Source: a virus
Direction: 5' to 3' (one strand)
Length of the DNA stretch: 64,000 nucleotides
IMG/VR virus record: IMGVR_UViG_3300042539_001764
Location: 4,094-68,093 of that record
Each line of letters starts with the position of its first letter. Positions within the stretch are counted from its first letter, which is position 1. The position numbers and the translations under genes were made by a program. Positions 45,418 through 55,152 of this stretch are shown here, in pieces. Under the pieces are notes generated by a model that was given only the letters and a program-made list of their open reading frames with translations, made no database searches and had not been told where the DNA came from.

Positions 45418-45575
45418 GTTGAGGGCGCCGAGCGGGGCTTCAATCCGCTTTTAGTACGGCGTTTCAAGATGGGTAGGCCCATCTCCCTCTTCCCCTGGTA
45501 CGAAACAATAGTGCCTGATCACCATTGTTCGTTTCTTGTGGACTAACGCTGGCCAGCGTGCTTCGCGAAAGCTCC
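45418..45575 (-). ncRNA. Structured RNA upstream of the tRNA
   Basis: Extended -10 TGcTATGCT followed by five hairpins. Confidence 0.45.
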
Positions 45576-45600
45576 AAAAGCATAGCATGGTTTTTAGAGG

Positions 45601-45867
45601 TCAAACGTCATATTCTCTACAGGATTGATCTTCGGGGTGGTAGCGGCAGTATTCGTCAAAATTCTCTTCGCCATCGTGCATCATTTGCTCTAATAGAGTA
45701 ATTTGCTTAAGGCGCTTGGCGTGAGCTTGAAGCTTAGGCAGCAGCGAAGGAATGTATAGGTGTTCGGCTGCGAGAAGCTGAAGGGCGGTTTGGCGATTGG
45801 AGCTGCCACATTCAAGCAATGACACAAGAAACTGCGCCTCTTGCATAGTTAATTCACTGTTCTTCAT
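45601..45867 (-). CDS. Hypothetical protein with CP12-like C-terminus
   Basis: Ends FDEYCRYHPEDQSCREYDV, resembling the CP12 C-terminal C...P....C..YD motif. Confidence 0.55.
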   Translation of the reverse strand: MKNSELTMQEAQFLVSLLECGSSNRQTALQLLAAEHLYIPSLLPKLQAHAKRLKQITLLEQMMHDGEENFDEYCRYHPEDQSCREYDV

Positions 45868-45898
45868 TTCATAGGAGAACTATTGTTTGAAAATCATA

Positions 45899-47266
45899 CT
45901 AGGAGATAAGGCTATCAATCCAACCAATGTCATCATCTTTACTAGCAGCAAGAATTGCGCCTGCCATTGCAAACGCTAAGTCGTCAATTCCAGAAGCTTT
46001 ACCGCCAGTAACGCTCCATTGCCCGCTTGGTTTATAGATGACAGTAAGGTTTTTGAGCTGCATAATTGCCTTTTCATGGCGATAAACATTGATTTGTCCT
46101 GCATTGAACAGTTCTCGCATCTTGCTGAATGCTTTCATCTTGGAGCTAACCGTCCAGGTGAGTTCAGTAATAGGCAAATCACTTGCCAAGCTTTGAATGG
46201 TGCCAGCGCTATTGAACTGGTCCATCACGATGGTGTCAAAAACGTATAAACGATGCTGTTCTTTAATCCAATCTTCCACTGCATTGATATTCACTTCCAT
46301 TCTTCCATTGATTTCAAAATCAGCGGCAAAGGAATGGAATTTATCGACGACTAACGTGCCATTTTCATAGTGAACAATACAAGCAGTGTAGTCGTCACGC
46401 CCAACGCCACCACGGGCGGGGTCAAGGGCAAGTACGTAAGCTCCTTGGAATTCAGGGCGGGGTGGAAGAGCCGCTCTGCGGTCATCAATACAGGCGTCAA
46501 TAACATCGCTGGCAACAAGGGCTGAAAGATTGCTTGCGAATTGCGCCCCATATTCCACCTTAAACTTCTCAGGGTCACGTTGTCTCTCTGTGTCAAGAAA
46601 CTCTTGCGAAATGCTTGGGTTCATCTCCCACGTTGGGAGATTTACGGCTTGCATGAAAGGAAACCTTCCAGAGCTTGCCTCCTTGAAATGTTGATAGAAG
46701 ATGCCGTCAGTTAACCATGGTGAGGAAAGCTCAAGGATGCGCCCTTTACCACCAAACTGAGCAATGGCAGGCGAAAGAGCGTCATAGATACCACGGCCTC
46801 CACTGTTTGCATCACCTTCAGTGGCAAATGCAAGTTCGTCAAACACTGCCCCTGCGCAAGCAAGACCACGAGCAGCACGACCTGACGTGGGGATGGCTTT
46901 GAACACGCAATTATTGCTCAGTTCAATGAGATCGGCGGTTTCGCGAACGATCTCCTGAGCAAAGGGGCTATCGAGGATGAGCTGGCGAATGTTATTGAGA
47001 GCAATACGAGCCTGATCCTGGCTGTTTGCCACTGTCACGATGTACCATTTCTCACCTTTTCTGACGCGCCTTCTGTATTCATCCTCTAAAACAAAGCACA
47101 TATACACGCAAGCCACTGCTGCCATGACGGTCTTGCCTGATCGTCGGCCCAGTGCCCATACGGCATGGCTTTTATCGGGCTGGAAGAACGTATCAAGAAT
47201 CTGCGCCTGCTTTGGATAGAGATCGAGCTTTAGAGCGTGTTTAGAAAAGTCAGAACATTTCAGCAT
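45899..47266 (-). CDS. terL: Terminase large subunit
   Basis: LYPKQ, Walker A GRRSGKT, Walker B AVFDE, nuclease LALDP...DD. Confidence 0.9.
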   Translation of the reverse strand: MLKCSDFSKHALKLDLYPKQAQILDTFFQPDKSHAVWALGRRSGKTVMAAVACVYMCFVLEDEYRRRVRKGEKWYIVTVANSQDQARIALNNIRQLILDSPFAQEIVRETADLIELSNNCVFKAIPTSGRAARGLACAGAVFDELAFATEGDANSGGRGIYDALSPAIAQFGGKGRILELSSPWLTDGIFYQHFKEASSGRFPFMQAVNLPTWEMNPSISQEFLDTERQRDPEKFKVEYGAQFASNLSALVASDVIDACIDDRRAALPPRPEFQGAYVLALDPARGGVGRDDYTACIVHYENGTLVVDKFHSFAADFEINGRMEVNINAVEDWIKEQHRLYVFDTIVMDQFNSAGTIQSLASDLPITELTWTVSSKMKAFSKMRELFNAGQINVYRHEKAIMQLKNLTVIYKPSGQWSVTGGKASGIDDLAFAMAGAILAASKDDDIGWIDSLIS

Positions 47267-47756
47267 GACGAAAAACTGCTAAGGGTGAAAGGGCGGACTG
47301 AGGAATAAAATATGCGGGCCTTCCACCTGCCGGATCCTTCCTCCATTGTTCTTTCATGGCATATTCACTTCTTGTCCAGCCATGGAGAAGAGTGATTTTG
47401 TTCTGTATCGTAACCAACACCAATATTTTTCCAGGCTTCTCATCTAATTGGCAAATGAGATCGTAATCATGGCGAGAGCGTGTTTTCACGTCAATATTGG
47501 GAGGAAGATCGCAGGATCCGCGTTTTGCTTCTGTTTCTTGATATAAAAACTGTCGCAAACCGAGATAATCGGCCACTGCAAGTTCACCTGCAGCGCCAAG
47601 CTTATGGAAAAACAGAGCTTTTTCACCATCCTCTGGCCCACCATTGCGCCCTTTTAAGCCTTTTCTCTCATTGATTGACTGCCTACGAGCAGCTTCTGCT
47701 AGCACCAAAGCTTTATCTTCTTCACTGAATTGAAAAACGATGGCAGAGCTGGCCAT
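47250..47756 (-). CDS. PD-(D/E)XK-like protein
   Basis: GAAGELAVA...DL...IDVKT; overlaps the terL start. Confidence 0.55.
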   Translation of the reverse strand: MASSAIVFQFSEEDKALVLAEAARRQSINERKGLKGRNGGPEDGEKALFFHKLGAAGELAVADYLGLRQFLYQETEAKRGSCDLPPNIDVKTRSRHDYDLICQLDEKPGKILVLVTIQNKITLLHGWTRSEYAMKEQWRKDPAGGRPAYFIPQSALSPLAVFRHAEMF

Positions 47757-47831
47757 GTTGTCTACAAGATGCAGGCCAATGTAGCCAGCTTTTAGAATGA
47801 ATGCAATACATCATGGCCATAAAACTTTCTT

Positions 47832-50099
47832 ATGGAAAACGAAGCAGTTGATCTTGGCCACGTGGGAAGTGGTGGAGTGAGGGCAGATGGGCTTCAAAAT
47901 GTGCTTATCGGCATGGGTACTGGCCGTGACAAGGGGCAATACACAAAGACTACTGCTACGATTTTCTTAGCTCAAGAGGAGCTAGAGAATCTTTATGGCG
48001 AATGGCTTCCTCGTCGCATTGTTGACATTTATGCTGATCAAGCCACTCGGAAAGGCTTCAAGGTTTTGTTTGGCGGAGACGGTGTTAGAGCCGAAGAAGT
48101 GCAAGGAATTGAACAAGTAATTGAAGACCTCTACATCCTTGAGCACCTCAACCTCGCAGCGAAGAACGCCCGCCTTTATGGGGGTGCTTGTCTACTTCTT
48201 TTTATTGACGATGGGCGTCCCGCTTATATGCCTGTCGATAAACGGAATATCCGTCGCATCGAAGACATTGAGTGCTTGGATAGATGGCAAATTGCTCCCG
48301 TCATTAACGAAGAAAACTTATACGACTATTCAAAAGCCACTTATTATCAGATTATCTCTGGAGATTTAATTAACCAGCCGCAACTATCTTATATTCATAA
48401 AGATAGGATTTTGCGTTTCGATGGGGACTGGCTGCCGTATCGCGTGAGGCAGCGGAATTATGGCTGGGGCATGAGCAGCTTACAAACTGTTTACGACAGC
48501 TTTAAGCATTATTGGACTGGATTAAATTCGGCGGCAACGCTTCTCACCGAGTTTGACATCTTTGTTCATAAGGTGAGGGGCCTTGCGGCAATGCTTGCTG
48601 CTGGCAAGGAAAGTTCCATTCGTGATCGTTTACAAGTGAACGATATGAGCAAGAGCATCTATCGCGGCTACGCGATTGATGCAGAGAAAGAAGAGCTTGA
48701 ATTTATTAGTCGCAACTTTGGCGGCATTGGAGAGATCTTAGAAAAGCTGCGCGTAGACATTATTGGCGCTAGCAAGATTCCTCATACAGTGTTATTTGGC
48801 GAGAGCCCCAGCGGCCTTGGCTCCACTGGCCGCAGCGAAGAGCGTGATTTTGCCAAAACGCTTGCTGATTATCAAAGCGTCCATTTCAAGCGGCCCATCA
48901 AGAAACTGATGGAAATGATCATGCTGAGTAAGGAGGGTCCGACAAAAGGAGAGCTTCCTGAATCGTGGCGCATTTCGTTCAATCCATTGTTTGAGCTTAA
49001 TGAGCGCGAAATGGCAGACGTACGGGCGCGTGTGGCGGCTGTAGACGGCCGTTACATTCAACTTGGCGTACTGAGTCCGAAAGAAGTGGCAGACGCCCGC
49101 TATGGCGGTTCTGAGTGGAGCATGGAACTCACCTTGGATCCGTCCGTAGTGCGGGAACTTCCCCAGTCTTCCACTCAAGGAGGGGGTGGTTCCACTCAGA
49201 AAGGGGGTGGTTTCGCAGTGCCTCCTGGCGGACGCGATCCAATGAACGAAGAGAATGGCACGCTTCCCATGGACGGCAGTCGGGAAGTGCAAGACGGTGC
49301 TGGTCTTTATCTTCCTGGCGACTTAGAAAAAGTACGTGGTGATGTGACCTTCACTGATAAAGAGCTGCATTCACGAGCCGTGAGCGCCGCCAAGGCCAAG
49401 TTCAAAGTGTGGCCTTCCGCTTATGCCAGCGGTTATGTGGTGCAGCAGTACAAGCAGATGTATAAGAAAAAGCATGGGTCATTGAGCGGCGCTTTCAAGA
49501 GCGATGGACAAGACATTCACGCGGATGATCTTGATCAATGGTTCAAAGAAAAGTGGGTGAGGATTGGCGCTAACGGAGAGATTCTTGGCCCTTGTGGCGG
49601 GCGTGAAAAGAAGGAAGGCAAGCCCAAGTGTCTTCCTCAGGCCAAAGCCCAAGCAATGAGCAAGGAAGAGCGTCAAACAATTGTTGCTCGCAAGCGCAAA
49701 GCTGATCCTGATCCTGAACGCAAAGGAAAAGCAAAAATGGTGAGCAGCAAAGTGGATGCCATTAGCCCTGATGCTCATATTTATGAGACCAAAGAAGAGG
49801 CATTAGCCACTGCCCAGAAAATTGGCTGCGCCGGATTCCACCAGGAAGAAGGGGAAGATGGCCCCATTTTCATGCCTTGTTCAACGCACGAAATTTTTCT
49901 TAAGAAGCATGAAGAATTTTTGTCGCAAAAGAACGACGCAATGGAGCCGATGAAGGTAGAAGGCCTCATCCTTTCTGACATTGACGAGGCTTCGTTGATT
50001 AGTGAAGAGGATATTGATGCTGCCTTAAATCAATGGAAAGAGGAAGCTCCTGAGCGTTTTAAAGATATCCTGGAGGCAGAGGATGCAAAGCCTGAATGA
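47832..50099 (+). CDS. Portal protein (DUF1073 type) with ~300-aa C-terminal extension
   Basis: RIVD..A..ATRKG, ARLYGGA, IH.DRI.RF.G, WGMS.LQ, IP.T.LFGESPSGL.STG, FNPL. Confidence 0.85.
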   Translation: MENEAVDLGHVGSGGVRADGLQNVLIGMGTGRDKGQYTKTTATIFLAQEELENLYGEWLPRRIVDIYADQATRKGFKVLFGGDGVRAEEVQGIEQVIEDLYILEHLNLAAKNARLYGGACLLLFIDDGRPAYMPVDKRNIRRIEDIECLDRWQIAPVINEENLYDYSKATYYQIISGDLINQPQLSYIHKDRILRFDGDWLPYRVRQRNYGWGMSSLQTVYDSFKHYWTGLNSAATLLTEFDIFVHKVRGLAAMLAAGKESSIRDRLQVNDMSKSIYRGYAIDAEKEELEFISRNFGGIGEILEKLRVDIIGASKIPHTVLFGESPSGLGSTGRSEERDFAKTLADYQSVHFKRPIKKLMEMIMLSKEGPTKGELPESWRISFNPLFELNEREMADVRARVAAVDGRYIQLGVLSPKEVADARYGGSEWSMELTLDPSVVRELPQSSTQGGGGSTQKGGGFAVPPGGRDPMNEENGTLPMDGSREVQDGAGLYLPGDLEKVRGDVTFTDKELHSRAVSAAKAKFKVWPSAYASGYVVQQYKQMYKKKHGSLSGAFKSDGQDIHADDLDQWFKEKWVRIGANGEILGPCGGREKKEGKPKCLPQAKAQAMSKEERQTIVARKRKADPDPERKGKAKMVSSKVDAISPDAHIYETKEEALATAQKIGCAGFHQEEGEDGPIFMPCSTHEIFLKKHEEFLSQKNDAMEPMKVEGLILSDIDEASLISEEDIDAALNQWKEEAPERFKDILEAEDAKPE

Positions 50100-50766
50100 T
50101 CTTTCGCAATTTGCCACCACGCTTCAATTCCGCATTGATCAATCCTTATGGAACTACGATCCCATTAGTGGCCGTTATCGCGGAGACAATGGACGCTTTC
50201 TCAGTCAGTCTGCCATTGAGAGTTTGGTTGATGGTCGAATTAACAAGCTTGGTACTTTGCTACGCCGTCTTACAAACATGCTTAGTAGCGGCGATATCAC
50301 GCTGGATCAATGGCAGCGAAGCGTAAGGGAAGCCCTTAAGCTTGCCCATACGCAAACTGCAATTATTGGCAATGGTGGAAAAGACAATATGCAAGCTGCG
50401 GACTGGGGCCGTATTGGTCAAAGGCTTCGTGCGGAATATCGTTATTTGGAGAGTTTTGCTCGCGATCTTTTGGCTGGGAGCATTTCTACTCCCATGGCTC
50501 TTGCTCGTATCGGCATGTATGCTCAAGCTGTGCGAGGTTCTTACTGGGAAGGTTCCGCAATTCGTCAGGAACGACAAGGCTACAGCTTGATGCGCCGCAT
50601 CCTCGATCCACAAGCTAAGCATTGCAGCGATTGCGTGAATTTTGCAGCTAGGGGAGCAGTGCCTATTGGCAGTCTGCCAATGCCTGGACAGCGTTGTGCT
50701 TGCATGTCCAATTGCAAATGCCGCGTACAATACATGCGTCAACAGGTGCCTGTAGTAGCAGTTTGA
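50083..50766 (+). CDS. Minor head (MuF-like) protein
   Basis: Follows the portal; HCSDC...PG..C.C.SNCKC. Confidence 0.65.
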   Translation: MQSLNDLSQFATTLQFRIDQSLWNYDPISGRYRGDNGRFLSQSAIESLVDGRINKLGTLLRRLTNMLSSGDITLDQWQRSVREALKLAHTQTAIIGNGGKDNMQAADWGRIGQRLRAEYRYLESFARDLLAGSISTPMALARIGMYAQAVRGSYWEGSAIRQERQGYSLMRRILDPQAKHCSDCVNFAARGAVPIGSLPMPGQRCACMSNCKCRVQYMRQQVPVVAV

Positions 50767-50768
50767 GC

Positions 50769-51494
50769 ATGGACGTTTTGGTTGGAAGCACTGGCCTGAT
50801 TGGTAGTGTTTTGCGCGAGCATCATGACTTTGATTGCCGCTTTAATTCCGAAAACATCCACCTTGCTCCATTGTTGAAACAAGATGTCAACAGGCTTTAT
50901 TTGGCGTGTTTACCAGCGGAGAAATGGAAGGTAAATCAAGCTCCTGCTGCTGATTTCGACAATATGTACCATGTTTTGACAAAAATAAGATTGTTGAGAC
51001 CAAAGGAGATCATTCTTTATTCGACCATCGATGTCTATTGTCAAACTTATAAATACGTTGAGAATTATCCCGAAATTCATGATATTGATTATGGCTCTGT
51101 TCGATACATTTTTGAGTTATTAGTCAAGGCTACATTCCCGGAGGCTATTATTACAATCATTCGTCTTCCTGCATTGTTTCACAAGCGGATCAAGAAGAAC
51201 ATCTTGTTTGATCTTCTTAATAAGAACAACGTAGAAAAAATCAACGCTAATTCTTGCTATCAATGGTACGATCTGAATGATTTATGGGCACATACTGAAG
51301 CCTGCGAAAAAGGCAGAGTGTATCAGTGGTTTCCTGAGCCCATTGAAACTCTAGAAATTATTGATAAATGGTTTGCTTGGGCTAGAGAGGTAGTCGATTG
51401 CGGGGCACGCATTGAATACAACTATGCTCCATATTCTGCTAGCAAAGAAGAAACAATGAAGAAAATGGAGGCATTTATCAATGCTTGGAATTAG
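50769..51494 (+). CDS. NAD-dependent epimerase/reductase-like protein
   Basis: LVG.TG.IG, PAEKW, STIDVY, YG..R...E, IIRLP.LF. Confidence 0.7.
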   Translation: MDVLVGSTGLIGSVLREHHDFDCRFNSENIHLAPLLKQDVNRLYLACLPAEKWKVNQAPAADFDNMYHVLTKIRLLRPKEIILYSTIDVYCQTYKYVENYPEIHDIDYGSVRYIFELLVKATFPEAIITIIRLPALFHKRIKKNILFDLLNKNNVEKINANSCYQWYDLNDLWAHTEACEKGRVYQWFPEPIETLEIIDKWFAWAREVVDCGARIEYNYAPYSASKEETMKKMEAFINAWN

Positions 51495-52221
51495 CGCTAT
51501 CGGCTGGAAGGATGAAGAAGAGCATGACATTTTGAGCGCTAATGCAGGCGCTTTTAATTTTATTGAGATTGTCCCTTCTCGTATCTTCGCGAGAAATGAA
51601 GATTTTGGTGATATTGCAAAACGCTATCGAGAGCACTATGGACTTTGGGCTTATTCTGCCCAGGCATTATTTTATGACAGCAGCGTGCAAAGTTTTGAAG
51701 ATACGGCTGCCACTCAAGAACATTTATTGCGCATTGTAAAGCTCGGTTCTCTTATGGGAATCAAGCGTTTTGTACTTGGCAGTCCTGCTTTACGAAGAGG
51801 AAGTCCATCATGTCTTATGGAAGTTTTGAAGCGAATGGACAGCGTGTTGGATGCGAACGATGCCATCCTTTGTATTGAGCCAATCGCCAAAGCCTTTGGA
51901 GGTAAATATTTTTATACAGTCGAAGAGATTGTCAATCATATTGACTTCTACAACTTGCATCATGTAAAGACAATGCTTGACACAAATAATGCATGGCTGC
52001 AAGGCGACAGTCCAAGGAAGATTATCAAGAATTATTTTCGCTTTATTGCTCATGTACATATCAGCGATACAGACAATGGTCCCATTTTGAATCAATATGA
52101 GCACAGGCAGATCAAACTGTTTCTTGATTCAAGCAGCTATCAATATGGCATCACGAGGGAACTGGTCAATGTCAACCAGCACCATCGAGAATACCCACTA
52201 TTTAGGCGGCTTTATGGTTGA
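51481..52221 (+). CDS. Sugar-phosphate isomerase/epimerase (TIM barrel)
   Basis: IS.IGW, E..P, V.GSP..R, CIEP, LDT, H.HIS. Confidence 0.75.
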   Translation: MLGISAIGWKDEEEHDILSANAGAFNFIEIVPSRIFARNEDFGDIAKRYREHYGLWAYSAQALFYDSSVQSFEDTAATQEHLLRIVKLGSLMGIKRFVLGSPALRRGSPSCLMEVLKRMDSVLDANDAILCIEPIAKAFGGKYFYTVEEIVNHIDFYNLHHVKTMLDTNNAWLQGDSPRKIIKNYFRFIAHVHISDTDNGPILNQYEHRQIKLFLDSSSYQYGITRELVNVNQHHREYPLFRRLYG

Positions 52222-53165
52222 GCAATAATTTGTTTGACCATTTGTTCGATGGCATAGATGCCTTGGATTTTGCCAGTAAAAAAAGAGAATAAATTATCTT
52301 CCTGACGCATCAATGGCGTACGCTTAGCACTGCTATCTTTAACTTTTGCCTTGATTGAAAGCGTTGGAAATAGATAGTCAAAACTATCAGAGAAATCAGG
52401 CCAATAGCGCTCCACGTGTTCTTCAATTAAGCGCCTTGCATTGTCCGCATTGTCCAGCGATTTATCGCTCATAATTCCATGCTTTACATGACTCAGCGAG
52501 AAACACGTTTCGTTGTATGGATAGATGGAAAATAGTTCTCCGTCGATGTAAGTGAGAGCGCCAAATGGAAGAGGCTTCTTGGGGCGATAAATGAACATAG
52601 CCACTGCTTCAAAGAACTGAGAAGGCAATGGCTCAAGGAGAGAGTTGTTAGTGCAATCAAAAACAAAATCATAATCTTTCTTTAGTGCTTGCAGATTGGA
52701 GCGTTGAATTGCTTCCTTTTTAACTAATGACTCTAGTTGCCATTGAAAATATAGACTTGCACCAATTGCATCAATGCGCTTTTCAGGCGTATTTAATAAA
52801 AGCGATGTGTGGCCGAAGGCTTGTGAGTCCAGTAAATTATGTGGCCCTTTTCCAAAAATAATTGAAATAGTTTCAGCATCAAGAAGGCTTTCATCTTCTG
52901 ACACTGCATAGTAATTATTGCTTACATCATGGACTAGATTTCCATAGTCTTCCATGAAGCGCACGAAAGTAGTCGCGCATAAACGGCGAGTGGCAGCATT
53001 TCTGGCGTAGTGATAACCATAGTGCAAGCGGTTTTGATTGACAAAGGATGTTTCTGAAATGAGCGTATGGTTCTTTTCGTACAACACCACTTCCGCTTGG
53101 TCCCGCAAAACCATTGCCAAATGACAGCCCACCCAGCCGCCGCCAATAATTGCTACACGCTTCAT
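52212..53165 (-). CDS. FAD-dependent oxidoreductase
   Basis: IIGGGWVG.H.A, YEK, S..NQNRLHYGYHY.R, GKI.GI. Confidence 0.8.
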   Translation of the reverse strand: MKRVAIIGGGWVGCHLAMVLRDQAEVVLYEKNHTLISETSFVNQNRLHYGYHYARNAATRRLCATTFVRFMEDYGNLVHDVSNNYYAVSEDESLLDAETISIIFGKGPHNLLDSQAFGHTSLLLNTPEKRIDAIGASLYFQWQLESLVKKEAIQRSNLQALKKDYDFVFDCTNNSLLEPLPSQFFEAVAMFIYRPKKPLPFGALTYIDGELFSIYPYNETCFSLSHVKHGIMSDKSLDNADNARRLIEEHVERYWPDFSDSFDYLFPTLSIKAKVKDSSAKRTPLMRQEDNLFSFFTGKIQGIYAIEQMVKQIIAQP

Positions 53166-53860
53166 CAGATGTCAATACAAAGGTGGGGTTGCACGCCTTG
53201 CCAGTTGCTTTTAGCTTTGGCTAGCTCTAGTTGAGGGAAAAATTCAATGCGACGCTGCATTCCAGTGCCATAAGGATCAGCATGGCCTTGGTAATTCCAT
53301 TCGTCTGGACCATGGAGATGAGGATGATAGATATGACAACGCACGTCTTGAAGCTTCCAAAGCATATAGTCCTCGTTCGGCACTCCCCATTGCTTCCAGT
53401 GTTGTAATACCTCTGGCGAGTTGTCCATATTTTTGATGGCCATCAGGCGCTCCTTATGAGCCATGAGATAGTCGTAGCGATATAGACCAATACTCATTGA
53501 TGGCGTTTGCTTCATTGCCACTTTTTCTGGGTGTTCCACTGGTGGTTCGTAAGCCAAAGCCTTAAAAGTTGGCCCTGCAATGCAAGTGTCATGCAGCAAG
53601 AACCAATAATCACTTTCAATTGAATGTTCCACCACTTCAATTAATGGTGTGTATTCAAAAGAATTTTGCTGCGTCAGCAGCATTGGTACACCTTTGTAGC
53701 TTGTATTAGCGCGAACAGTTTGTCCACCATTGACAATTAAAATTTCTTCCTGACCAATGCCAGCAGCCAGCAAGCTGGGGATAATCACTGGAATGGTATG
53801 GGGAGCAAATTTCTTGCACGTACTAATACAGAAACGAATAGAACCTTGCGACAGCACCAT
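53165..53860 (-). CDS. Glycosyltransferase-like protein (GT-A)
   Basis: IIPSL...I.IVNGG...NSFEYT.LI...WFLLHDT. Confidence 0.55.
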   Translation of the reverse strand: MVLSQGSIRFCISTCKKFAPHTIPVIIPSLLAAGIGQEEILIVNGGQTVRANTSYKGVPMLLTQQNSFEYTPLIEVVEHSIESDYWFLLHDTCIAGPTFKALAYEPPVEHPEKVAMKQTPSMSIGLYRYDYLMAHKERLMAIKNMDNSPEVLQHWKQWGVPNEDYMLWKLQDVRCHIYHPHLHGPDEWNYQGHADPYGTGMQRRIEFFPQLELAKAKSNWQGVQPHLCIDI

Positions 53861-53917
53861 TCCTCCTTCTTTTGTGCCCTCAGTATAAAAGGCCCTTAAG
53901 ATGACGAAGATTCACGG

Positions 53918-55147
53918 ATGACTATGGCTCGTATTCTTTACTGCGGTGACGCATTTGTAGAAACTGGTTTTGGCCGCGTTGCGCAATATTTGCTTCCTGC
54001 TTTGGCTGAAGAGCACGAAGTGAGTGTTCTGTCCGTGAATTACCATGGCGATCCCCATCCAGAGGCGAAGAAATATCAAGTGTTTCCGGCGATGCTGCAT
54101 GGTGCGGATCCTTTTGGGTCTCATCGTATTGCAGAAGTCATTCAGCGAGTGAAGCCTGATCTTGTGTGGGTAACAAATGACATCTGGATTGCATTGAATT
54201 TGTGGGAAAAAGCAAAGCCACTGAAAGAGCAGATGGGCTTTAAATGGTTTGTTTATACCCCCATTGACTCATATGGGCTTTTCCCTGATCTAGCAAAGCC
54301 CATGATGGAATGGGATGGTCTTGCCACTTATACGGAGTTTGCGAAGAAAGAGCTTGAGCTAATGGGCTACACAAAGCCTGTTTACATTATCGGCCACGGC
54401 ACTGACTTTACCAAATTCTTCCCACTAGACAAAGAAGAATGCCGTAAAAAGCTGGGTGTTCCAGAAGATGTATTTGTTGTATTTAATGGCAACAGGAATC
54501 AACCGCGCAAACGGATTGATTTAACGATTAAAGCATTTATTAAATTTGCGAAAGATAAGGATGATGCACGCTTGTGGCTTAACATGGGCAGCAAGGATTT
54601 GGGCTGGGAACTCGTTCCCTTATTTAAGCGCGTGGCACGAGATGAAGGATTTGACCCCACTGGCAAGCTGATTCTGACAAGCCCACACTATTCTGTGGAC
54701 AACTGTCTTCCCATTGAACAGCTCAATCAGGTGTATAACGCTGCCGATATTGGTATTAATACTTGCATTGGAGAGGGATGGGGACTGGTTAATTCAGAGC
54801 ATGGCGCCACTGGCGTGGCTCAAGTTGTACCAGATCATACGAGCCTGGCTGAAATCTTTGATGAGCTGCCTCGCATTGAATGCATTGGTAGTGAAACCGA
54901 TAGGAACTATGGCCTGGAACGATTGCTTCCAGATCCACAATCTGCAGCGGACATTCTTACTTATTACTACGAAAATCGCGATGTCCTGCAAGAGCATGGC
55001 AAGTGGTGCTACAACCGCCTGCATGAAGAGCCTTTTACTTGGCCTTATATTCAGCAGCAATTAAAAGAAGCAGTAATGGACACTCTTAATGCCAAGCCTG
55101 TAGAGCCTGAATTCAAAGGTTTTGGTACTCCCGCAAAAATCGCTTGA
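53918..55147 (+). CDS. Glycosyltransferase family 4 (GT-B)
   Basis: TGFGRV, HG.D...FFP, NRNQPRKR.D, YNAAD...EGWGL...E. Confidence 0.88.
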   Translation: MTMARILYCGDAFVETGFGRVAQYLLPALAEEHEVSVLSVNYHGDPHPEAKKYQVFPAMLHGADPFGSHRIAEVIQRVKPDLVWVTNDIWIALNLWEKAKPLKEQMGFKWFVYTPIDSYGLFPDLAKPMMEWDGLATYTEFAKKELELMGYTKPVYIIGHGTDFTKFFPLDKEECRKKLGVPEDVFVVFNGNRNQPRKRIDLTIKAFIKFAKDKDDARLWLNMGSKDLGWELVPLFKRVARDEGFDPTGKLILTSPHYSVDNCLPIEQLNQVYNAADIGINTCIGEGWGLVNSEHGATGVAQVVPDHTSLAEIFDELPRIECIGSETDRNYGLERLLPDPQSAADILTYYYENRDVLQEHGKWCYNRLHEEPFTWPYIQQQLKEAVMDTLNAKPVEPEFKGFGTPAKIA

Positions 55148-55152
55148 TCGCC

